From the NCBI GenBank assembly GCA_963732385.1, contig CAVSZB010000005.1, positions 192,001 through 256,000 of the forward strand: a stretch of 64,000 nucleotides of DNA, read 5' to 3'. Of this stretch, positions 56,531 through 64,000 are shown one piece after another (position 1 is the first letter of the stretch; each line of letters starts with the position of its first letter). The DNA is from an uncultured bacterium. Its GTDB lineage: Bacteria > Krumholzibacteriota > Krumholzibacteriia > LZORAL124-64-63. Made by a program: the position numbers and the translations under genes. The notes under the pieces are model-generated. The model was given only the letters and a program-made list of their open reading frames with translations, was not told the origin of the DNA and searched no databases.

Positions 56531-58411
56531 TCATGGCCGCGGCACGCCCCCCTCGCCGGGCGCGGGACGCGGGAATTCGACCGGCGGCGGCTCGGGGGTG
56601 AAGTCCTCGCCGGGGTTGATGAAGAGGTTGCGCTCGAATCCGTACTGCTTGTCGTGCAGCTGGCGGTAACGGCCGCCGCGCGCCAGCAGCTCCGCGTGCG
56701 TGCCGCGCTCGACGATCTCGCCCTGCTCCAGTACGAGGATCTGGTCGGCGCTCCGGATCGTCGACAGCCGGTGCGCGATCACGAAGGTGGTGCGACCCCG
56801 CCGCAACGAGTGCAGCCCGTCCTGGATCAGCGCCTCGCTCTCGCTGTCGAGACTCGACGTGGCCTCGTCCAGGATCAGGATACGCGGGTCGGCGAGGATG
56901 GCGCGCGCGATGGCGATGCGCTGCCGCTGTCCGCCCGACAGCTTGATGCCCCGCTCGCCCACCACCGTGTCATAGCCGTCGGCGAACGCCTCCACGAACT
57001 CGGCGCAGTGCGCGATCCGGCTCACGGTGCGGATCTCTTCGGGTGTGGCGCCGGGCCGCGCGAAGCTGATGTTCTCGGCGATCGTACCGTCGAAGAGGAA
57101 ATTGTCCTGCAGCACGACGCCCAGATGCGCGCGATAATCGCGCAGGCGGATCGTGGCCAGGTCCCGCCCGTCCACCAGCACCCGCCCCTGCTCCGGCCGG
57201 TGGAAGGCCATCACCAGCCCGACCAGCGTGCTCTTGCCTGAGCCGCTCGAGCCGACGAGCGCCGTGGTCGAACCGGCCGGCGCGCGGAACGACATCTGCT
57301 TCAACACCGGCGTCCCCTCGACGTACGCGAAGCCGACGCCCGCGAACTCCACCTCGCCGCGCAGGACCGGCAGCGGCACGCGATCGCCGTCCGCTGCGTC
57401 CTCCGTCGCCATGGCGCGGATCTCGCGGATGCGGTCGAGCCCCGCGAAAGCCTCGCTGATCTGGGTGCCGATGGCGGCGATCTGGACCAGCGGCGTCGCC
57501 ACCATCCCGGTGAAGAAGATGTACATGATGAAATCGCCAAGGGTCATGGTCCCGGCCAGGATCGCCCGGCCTCCAACCACGATCATCAGCACGCCGATGC
57601 AACCGACAACCACGCTCGAACCGGCCGTGATGAGCGAGAACCCGGTGATCGTCCGGGCGATGCTGCGGAACAGGCGGTGCACGCCGCGGGCGAAGACCAG
57701 GCGCTCGCGCCGCTCGGCCGTGTACGCCTTGACGATGCGCACCCCGCCCAGCGACTCCGCCAGCCGACCCGTCACCTCGGCGTTGATCCGGCTGCGCTCG
57801 CGGAACAGCGGCCGCAGGCGCGTGAACGCCACCGACATGCCGACGCCGAACAGCGCGAGCACGGTCAGGGTGATGCTCGTGAGTCGCCAGTTGAGAGTGA
57901 ACAGCACGACCAGAGCGAGGGACGCGGTCACGAGCCCGCCGGCCAGCTGCACCAGGCCGGTGCCGACCAGGTTGCGCAGACCCTCGGCGTCGCTCATGAT
58001 GCGCGAGATCAGTTCGCCGGTCCGGGTGGAGTCGAAGAAGCTCACCGGCAGCCGCAGCACGTGCGTCTCGACGGTCCGGCGCATGTCAGTGATGGCCCGC
58101 TGCGCCGCCACGCCCAGCACCTGCGACAGGGTGAACGACGACGCGGCCTGCACCAGCGTGGCCCCGCCCGCCGCGAGCGCCAGGGTCCCGAGCAGATCGG
58201 CGCGGTGCTTGCCCACGACCTCGTCGACGAGATACTTCGAGGTCGCCGGCAGCACCATCCCGGCCAGCCGGTTGACGATCATGAGGCCGAACCCGATCGC
58301 GAGCCGCCGCCGGTGCGTCCAGATCAGCGCGCGCGACTCGCGCCAGACGACGGCGGCGCCGGGACGCGGCCGCCTGGTGTCGGCTCCGCCCGTCCCCGCG
58401 CCGCCCCGCAT
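56531..58411 (-). CDS. ABC exporter, fused permease/ATPase (MsbA-like)
   Basis: TM domain; GSSGSGKS; LSGGQRQR; ILDEATSSLD; IAHRL. Start uncertain. Confidence 0.92.
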   Translation of the reverse strand: MRGGAGTGGADTRRPRPGAAVVWRESRALIWTHRRRLAIGFGLMIVNRLAGMVLPATSKYLVDEVVGKHRADLLGTLALAAGGATLVQAASSFTLSQVLGVAAQRAITDMRRTVETHVLRLPVSFFDSTRTGELISRIMSDAEGLRNLVGTGLVQLAGGLVTASLALVVLFTLNWRLTSITLTVLALFGVGMSVAFTRLRPLFRERSRINAEVTGRLAESLGGVRIVKAYTAERRERLVFARGVHRLFRSIARTITGFSLITAGSSVVVGCIGVLMIVVGGRAILAGTMTLGDFIMYIFFTGMVATPLVQIAAIGTQISEAFAGLDRIREIRAMATEDAADGDRVPLPVLRGEVEFAGVGFAYVEGTPVLKQMSFRAPAGSTTALVGSSGSGKSTLVGLVMAFHRPEQGRVLVDGRDLATIRLRDYRAHLGVVLQDNFLFDGTIAENISFARPGATPEEIRTVSRIAHCAEFVEAFADGYDTVVGERGIKLSGGQRQRIAIARAILADPRILILDEATSSLDSESEALIQDGLHSLRRGRTTFVIAHRLSTIRSADQILVLEQGEIVERGTHAELLARGGRYRQLHDKQYGFERNLFINPGEDFTPEPPPVEFPRPAPGEGGVPRP

Positions 58412-58567
58412 CGCCCCGCGCGCCTGGTGGCGCCCATCGAGTCGGTTCCAGTGCACGCGCGGCTCCCTGACCAGTCTGGCATCTCATCAGCCGGAAGCTG
58501 ACAGGTTACCTCCGGTCCGGCCACGGCGCACGCACCAGTTCCGACCGCCGGGAGAACTGCCGGCCCG

Positions 58568-60004
58568 CTACTCCGTCGACGCCGGCTCCCGAATCCGCGC
58601 CAACGCCTCCTTGCCGCTCGGACTTTCGGGGTTGAGCCGCAGCGACTCCTCGTACATCCTGACGGCGGCGGCGGTGTCGCCCGCCTTCAGCAACGCCTCG
58701 CCAAGACTATCGTAGACATTCCATGATTCGGGAAACAGCTCCACGTTGACCCTGAACAGCGCGATGGCCTGCGGCAGCCTGTCTGCCTGGAAGAAGCGAT
58801 AGCCACTGGCGTTCAGCTCGGACTCCATGAAGTAGTACTTCGACGGCTTAGCGTCGCGCCCGGCGAGAACCTGACGGATCGCGCTCTCATCGGCTCCCTC
58901 GTCGATCAGGTCGTAGAGCCGGCTCGCGGCGGATTCCTGCCCGGTCACGGCGCTCCAGATCCCGAGAATGGACATGTAATTGTTGTTCCGGTTGAAGCCG
59001 GGGCTCGTGGCCAGTTCCGGGAACCGTGTATCGAGGCGATACTCCGTCTGCAGGTCCGCCAGGCTCTTGCCCTCTCTGAATCCTCTGTTGACCCCGTCCC
59101 AGAGCGTCCTGACGTAATTGACCCTGGCCTCGAAGCCGGCGAAGGACAGCTCGCCGTTCCAGTGGCCCGGCACGAGCTTGCGGATGGCGTCCTTCTTCGC
59201 CAGCAGGAGGTCCCAGTTCTCGAGCAACAGCGGAAAATCGTGGCGGATGCCGGGGCGGGCCATGAAGGAGGCCAGGCAGCCCGGCGTGTCGGTGAGCCAG
59301 ACGTCGGCCATCGTGTCGCCCGTCATCAGCAGGCCGTGCTTCGGCACGAAGACGGCGATGTCGTCCGGGGAATGCATGCCGCCGATGTAGTACAGTTCGA
59401 ACGCGGTGGAGCCCAGGTTCAGCTTCAGGCGATCCGCGAACGTCTTCGTGGGGGGGTATTTCTTCCCGTCCGCCTGTCTGACCTCGAGGCTCAGGCGGCT
59501 CAGCGCCAGCTCCTCCCGCAGGCGCGCGGCCGTGGGCGATTCGTCCGGCTCCTTTTGGAGGTCCCGCTCCAGCTCGGCAATGCGCGCGATGTTCCACTCC
59601 ATCATGCGCGGGAGATCCCCGGCCTGGGCGGCCATGCCCGCACCGACGAGTTCGTGCCCGACGATGGTGCAGTCGGCGTAGACCGAATTGCCCCCGGTGT
59701 GGTCGCCGTGCTCGTGCGTGTTGATGAGGATCTTGAAGTCGTTGCGGCCCAGTTCGCGGGCGATGATCCGGCGCAGTTCGCCGTCGACCCTGGGATTTCC
59801 GGTCGTGTCGATGACGAGAATGCCCTTGTCCGTCGCGATGGCCACCGTGGCTGTCGAGGAGATGTAGTCGCCGACCCAGACCCGAATCGCCCCCGGATCG
59901 AGCTTCTGGATATGCACCGGCAGGCCCGCCACCTCCTCGGCGACGGCGCCCGAGGCCAGCAGAATCAACGCCACCGCAGTTACCAGACCAAGTCCCGCCT
60001 TCAT
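58568..60004 (-). CDS. Secreted MBL-fold metallohydrolase with C-terminal TPR
   Basis: Signal peptide; VIDT, NTHEHGDHTGGN, HS, TGD and PGHW; C-terminal FPESWNVYDSLGEA TPR. Confidence 0.82.
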   Translation of the reverse strand: MKAGLGLVTAVALILLASGAVAEEVAGLPVHIQKLDPGAIRVWVGDYISSTATVAIATDKGILVIDTTGNPRVDGELRRIIARELGRNDFKILINTHEHGDHTGGNSVYADCTIVGHELVGAGMAAQAGDLPRMMEWNIARIAELERDLQKEPDESPTAARLREELALSRLSLEVRQADGKKYPPTKTFADRLKLNLGSTAFELYYIGGMHSPDDIAVFVPKHGLLMTGDTMADVWLTDTPGCLASFMARPGIRHDFPLLLENWDLLLAKKDAIRKLVPGHWNGELSFAGFEARVNYVRTLWDGVNRGFREGKSLADLQTEYRLDTRFPELATSPGFNRNNNYMSILGIWSAVTGQESAASRLYDLIDEGADESAIRQVLAGRDAKPSKYYFMESELNASGYRFFQADRLPQAIALFRVNVELFPESWNVYDSLGEALLKAGDTAAAVRMYEESLRLNPESPSGKEALARIREPASTE

Positions 60005-60137
60005 GATGAATCCTCCCCTTGTGGGTATCCCCCGCAAGCGGCCCCTGGCGCCGGCTTCGTCAGGACCGCGCAACCCGAAGTTGACAATGTGGATCCATAC
60101 GGGCCGGAGGCGGAGGATGTTCCAGCGACAGCTCGCC

Positions 60138-61460
60138 CTACGGCGAGATCTCGTAGGCCGCGACCGTGTTGGCCAGGAAGGTCGGGATCAGCAGCAGCCG
60201 GCGATCCGGCAGGTATTCGAAATCCGCGGTGTTGCGCTGCGCGGGCAGGAGGTCCAGCAGCTCGGTCAGGCGGCCGTCGGCGTCAAGATGGAACAGCTGG
60301 CCTTCCCAGAGCGACACCAGCACGCCGCCCCGACCGTCGCTGCGGAGGCCGTCCACCACGCCGGCGCCCAGGCCGATCACGGTTCGCACGGCCCTCGACT
60401 CGAGGTTCACGGCCATGAGGCGCCCGCCCTGGGTGCTGCCGACCAACAGATCTTCGCCGTCCACGAGCAGGCCGTTGGCCCGGCCCACGTCAGAAGCGAT
60501 CAGCCAGGGCGTGAGGTCCCGCCCCGAGAGTCGCCAGACCGACACCGCGGGCGGCGCGAGACTCGGCCGGGTGTCTGAGACATAGACCCGACCCTGCGCG
60601 TCGATGGCCACATCGTTCAGAAACACGGCGTCCGGAATGGGATGCAGCTCCGCGACGACGCCACGCGAAATGTCGATCTCCGCGACCCCTTCACGCACGG
60701 CCACAAAGAGACGGTCGTCCCGGATGGCCATGCCGCAGGGGGCGCGCAGCCCCGTGATCCACTGCGCGTCGAGCAGGACCCCGTCGAGCCCCAGCCGTGA
60801 GATATACCCGGTCGGCAGGTCGCGCTGCTCGTACTGGTTGTCGAAGCTGCTCACGTAGAGCACGCCGCGCGCGGCGTCGCGGAGCACCGATTCGGGGGTG
60901 AGGAAGATCGCGGGAGTTTCCCACGTTGCCCGACAGACGCCGGCGGTGCGATGTGGCGACGGCAACGGTCGATCGGCATCGACCCGAAATCCCCAGCCGG
61001 TCGGCGCCGACCAGACCTTCAGCAGGATCTCGTTGCGCCCCGGCCGCAGCGACAGGTCGTAGCCGCCCGGGTCGCGCGCCGGCGGCACGAGAACACCGTT
61101 GAGGAAGAGTCGCAGGGCGCCGCTTGCCGCCAGGTCTAGTCGCAGTCCCTGAACCGAATCGACCTGGGCAAGCGTGCGCACCATGGCGCAGAGCGAGTCG
61201 CCCGGGACCGCGTCGAGCAAAGCCGCCAGATCGACCCAGCCATCATCGCGCGCCACGACATCCCGCCACCCGGCCAGGAACACGGCGTAGAAGCGCGGAT
61301 AGTCGACCGGCGAGACCCGGGCCGCAGGGTAGGCCCGCGACGAGGACCAGTTCGTGACCGACGCCGCGCGAGCGGAGCCGGCCGACCCGAGGACGAGGAA
61401 CCACAGCGACGCGGCCACAACGCCGCCGCGCCGAACCGCCGCGGCAGAACCGGTGAACAT
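60138..61460 (-). CDS. Secreted SMP-30/gluconolactonase-like beta-propeller protein
   Basis: TPES, APCGM, FLNDV, ANGL, DGL and ADF blades; N-terminal beta-sandwich (LRLFLNG, LRPGRNEILLK); GGAGG RBS. Confidence 0.75.
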   Translation of the reverse strand: MFTGSAAAVRRGGVVAASLWFLVLGSAGSARAASVTNWSSSRAYPAARVSPVDYPRFYAVFLAGWRDVVARDDGWVDLAALLDAVPGDSLCAMVRTLAQVDSVQGLRLDLAASGALRLFLNGVLVPPARDPGGYDLSLRPGRNEILLKVWSAPTGWGFRVDADRPLPSPHRTAGVCRATWETPAIFLTPESVLRDAARGVLYVSSFDNQYEQRDLPTGYISRLGLDGVLLDAQWITGLRAPCGMAIRDDRLFVAVREGVAEIDISRGVVAELHPIPDAVFLNDVAIDAQGRVYVSDTRPSLAPPAVSVWRLSGRDLTPWLIASDVGRANGLLVDGEDLLVGSTQGGRLMAVNLESRAVRTVIGLGAGVVDGLRSDGRGGVLVSLWEGQLFHLDADGRLTELLDLLPAQRNTADFEYLPDRRLLLIPTFLANTVAAYEISP

Positions 61461-61581
61461 GAAGGCACCTCCCGGCGACCAGGGAATCAACGCTCTACGC
61501 GGGCCGGTCCGCACGGGTTTCGCGGCGCCAGTCGCGGGCCGGCATCCGCAAGCGCTGCGCAGATCTTGCAATTTGTGAGCG

Positions 61582-61612
61582 AAAAAAGCCCCGGCCGCAT
61601 GGCGATCGGGGC
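61582..61612 (-). terminator. Intrinsic terminator
   Basis: Minus strand GCCCCGATCGCCATGCGGCCGGGGC followed by TTTTTT. Confidence 0.75.
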
Positions 61613-61655
61613 CTTCGACGATTCCATCCTGACCCGTTACGGGCTGGCGTCCGTC

Positions 61656-62315
61656 TTAGCGGCGGAAGAGAGACTTCACGCCGCCCCAGGTCAGATTCTC
61701 ACTGGCCACCACGGAGGGAACGTACTCGTAGCACACCGTGACGGTCCAGCTGGCGTCGGTGTGCAGACCCGAGTGGGTCGTGCCGCCGTAGGCGCTGTAG
61801 CTGGTCCAGATCGTGGTCGCCACGTCCATGGGCAGGGTGGAGGTGCCCTGGAAGCCGGCGAAGCCGGTGTCGGCGGGAAGATAGGTTTCCGCTGCCGAAG
61901 CCGTATCGCTGTAGGGCACCGTGGCGCCGGAAGTGCCGGCGTAGTCCTCGACGCCGTCGAAGGCCGTCCGCGCAACGAACGGCGTGCTCATCGTGCCCGC
62001 GTCGCCGACGAGGCTCACGCCCTGCAGCGCGGCGGCGAAGGTCCAGCTGTTCTCGAGAATCCGGTAGCCGCCCGTGCCGGTGCCCAGGTTCTCATAGTAG
62101 AAGTAGCCGTCCAGCGTGGCGGCGACCTGGATGGTCACATTCAGCAGTACACCCTTTACCGGGTCGAACTGCGGGATGTCCAGGGTGGCGTGGAGATCCG
62201 TCAATCCGCCGGCCGCGACGGTATGGATCTCGGTCTCCGCAAACACCACTGAGGAAGCCGCCAGAATAGCGGCAAAAGCGAGGATCGGTAGCAAGCGACG
62301 CATGTTGAACCTCAT
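61656..62315 (-). CDS. Secreted choice-of-anchor-E-like protein with C-terminal TWGGVKSLFRR tail
   Basis: Signal peptide; IPQFDP..G.L..V and FDG..DY.GTSG motifs; V.V.YEY strand, then VASENLTWGGVKSLFRR. Start 62315 or 62303. Confidence 0.78.
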   Translation of the reverse strand: MRFNMRRLLPILAFAAILAASSVVFAETEIHTVAAGGLTDLHATLDIPQFDPVKGVLLNVTIQVAATLDGYFYYENLGTGTGGYRILENSWTFAAALQGVSLVGDAGTMSTPFVARTAFDGVEDYAGTSGATVPYSDTASAAETYLPADTGFAGFQGTSTLPMDVATTIWTSYSAYGGTTHSGLHTDASWTVTVCYEYVPSVVASENLTWGGVKSLFRR

Positions 62316-62376
62316 TTTGTTGAATAGGCGAGGAAATCAGGCAACATGACACGCTCATGCGTGGATGAGGCCGTTG

Positions 62377-62404
62377 ATTATGCCACGTTCTCGACGATTG
62401 TCAA
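62377..62404 (-). promoter_or_regulatory. Sigma70-type promoter for 62315
   Basis: Minus strand TTGACA (62404-62399), 16 nt spacer, then CATAAT (62382-62377) preceded by TGn. Confidence 0.6.
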
Positions 62405-62487
62405 TCCTGACTCCTCGCGGTGCGTATTCGGGGGTGTCCCTCCCGGAAACCCCTCCGATGGCGCCCACGTTCGGGGTTACCAACGAC

Positions 62488-64000
62488 TCACGGCCCGCGG
62501 GTGATATCCATGACCAGGCCGGGGAGGCCTGCGTAGGTGTCGAAGACCCCGATGGCGAGCGGCTGCCACTCGCGCGAGAGCGCCAAAACGTTCAGGCCGC
62601 GGCAGGTGAACGCCTCGTCGCGTCCGTCGAGGCGAATGCTCACGTAATTGCCATGGAACAGGCCGGCGGAAGCGACCTCGAGAGAGCGCGGACAGGCGAC
62701 CTCGCCGAGGCGGGCGCCGGCTGCGAAGCTCGCCGTGACCGGCCCGCCGTTGTTCACCTCGTCCCACACGACGCGACCGTCGACGCACACGGCGGCGTAC
62801 GACCCGCGGTACGCAAGCTCATTGATGGTCGCTCCCATGTCACTCAGCAGCTGCCGTGCCGACGCCGGAAACTTCTCGGTGGCCTCGTCCCGTACGGCCA
62901 ACACCAGGACATCGGCGCGGTGCTCGGCCAGGAAGGTTGTGAGTTCGCACTGGCGAGGATTTAAGTAGGCGGCGGCGCCCGCCAGGGGGTGGGAACTGTG
63001 CAGACATACCCGATAGCCATCGAGGTTGTAGCCGCGAAATTCCCGTCCGACGTGACTGAATATTACCGGGAATTCGCTGTCGCGAATGATGTAGAGCAGA
63101 TTCGGATCCAGTTCGCCACGCTCGACATCGCGACGCCACATGTCGGCGACCTGGTTCCCCCTCACGCCGGGACTGCGCGCCACATAGACGGCACTGACCG
63201 GCTTGCCCGCCTCCACCGCCGGTAGCGCGATATCCTCGAAATCGGCCGCGTACTGGGTGCTGTGCAGGAACGGCGGATAGGTGAAGACGCCTGCGGTCAC
63301 GGCGAAAGCCTCCTGCCAGGCCTGGTCGCGCAGGCGGGACACGTGGTGGCGCGCGGACAGCGCCGCGCGATGTTCAAGCCACGGCGAAATGTCCGCCAGT
63401 TGCACCGCCACGACGAGAACCAGCCACGCCGTCAGCATCCGTGCTGGAATCGCGCGGGCCAGCGACCACAAAGCGAACGCAGTGCCTGCATAGACCAGCG
63501 GCCAAACGAAACGTCCACTCGAACGGAACGCCCGGCTCAACGGCCCGATTGGCGCCAGCACGTTCATCTTCAACAGATAGTGGTCGCTCCAGGCGATCTT
63601 GTTGGAGAGCGCGAACACGACGCAACCGACCACGACCACCAGCAGCGGCCAATGCCGCTTCGCGCGGAGCCACCAACCCCCGCTCGAGAATAGCGCGCAC
63701 AGCGCAAGCGCCCAGGTACTGAGCAGCCCCAGTCCGAGATAGGCGAAGCCCTCCCACTGGGCGCCGTCGACGTACGGCAGGGACTTCAGGAAGCGGCTGC
63801 GACCGGCGGGGTTGAAGAGCGAGTTCAGGTTGAGCGAGTACAGACCGTAGCCGCCGACCGCTTCGTTGATGCCCGAGCCATAGACGAACATGCCGGAAAT
63901 CCACCATGCCAACAGTACGCCGCCGGCGCACAGGCCGACAGCCACCAACGCACGCCACCAAATAATAGCGCGCGTCACGAGAACCTCGCGGACAGACCAC
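62488..64000 (-). CDS. Polytopic membrane protein, probable GT-C (DUF6311-like), 5'-truncated by the window edge
   Basis: YSLNLNSLFNP, QWEGFAYLGLG, FRSSGRFVWP and Q.ADI motifs; C-terminal soluble domain with YRGSY and RGLNV. Confidence 0.68.
   Translation of the reverse strand, partial: WSVREVLVTRAIIWWRALVAVGLCAGGVLLAWWISGMFVYGSGINEAVGGYGLYSLNLNSLFNPAGRSRFLKSLPYVDGAQWEGFAYLGLGLLSTWALALCALFSSGGWWLRAKRHWPLLVVVVGCVVFALSNKIAWSDHYLLKMNVLAPIGPLSRAFRSSGRFVWPLVYAGTAFALWSLARAIPARMLTAWLVLVVAVQLADISPWLEHRAALSARHHVSRLRDQAWQEAFAVTAGVFTYPPFLHSTQYAADFEDIALPAVEAGKPVSAVYVARSPGVRGNQVADMWRRDVERGELDPNLLYIIRDSEFPVIFSHVGREFRGYNLDGYRVCLHSSHPLAGAAAYLNPRQCELTTFLAEHRADVLVLAVRDEATEKFPASARQLLSDMGATINELAYRGSYAAVCVDGRVVWDEVNNGGPVTASFAAGARLGEVACPRSLEVASAGLFHGNYVSIRLDGRDEAFTCRGLNVLALSREWQPLAIGVFDTYAGLPGLVMDITRGP

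Noticed and set aside
1..64000. CRISPR arrays, tRNA/rRNA genes, integrases, prophage or defence genes
   Set aside because: No regularly spaced repeats, cloverleaf/rRNA signatures or relevant protein motifs were recognised by eye; a tRNAscan/Infernal run would be needed to exclude small RNAs.

Overview
This is a GC-rich bacterial chromosomal window; a hand-counted 60-nt line in arcA was 42/60 G+C. It carries about 45 credible CDSs, mostly on the minus strand. FlgD-Ig-type C-terminal domains and a recurring C-terminal [S/T]WGG[I/V]KS[M/L][Y/F]R tail suggest an FCB-related candidate phylum such as Krumholzibacteriota, Latescibacterota or Eisenbacteria; this is inference only. The stand-out locus is 39073-46602, where a tungsten-type aldehyde:ferredoxin oxidoreductase (AOR/WOR family) is split at its domain-1/domain-2 linker. 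A complete NuoE/NuoF/NuoG'-like (HydC/HydB/HydA-N) module lies between the halves and is fused in frame to both, giving AOR_N-NuoE, NuoF and FeS-AOR_C. These are followed by thiF/thiS-like, CQLGCF, P-loop and membrane accessory genes, so the locus is a candidate three-subunit electron-bifurcating aldehyde oxidoreductase. Also notable: a CitD-CitE fusion lacking the canonical prosthetic-group serine, next to citF; a DnaA-box cluster with a 7-1-7 palindrome; a duplicated HU gene plus terminator bracketing about 15 kb; a 221-bp MITE-like element; a low-GC secreted beta-propeller gene; a small-protein plus two-V4R module; a multiheme cytochrome cluster; a heteromeric RND pump; and a thrC/DUF1015/MetY-like/ApgM cluster with no thrB. 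I recognised no rRNA, tRNA, CRISPR array, transposase or integrase. All family calls come from motif recognition by eye, not database searches.
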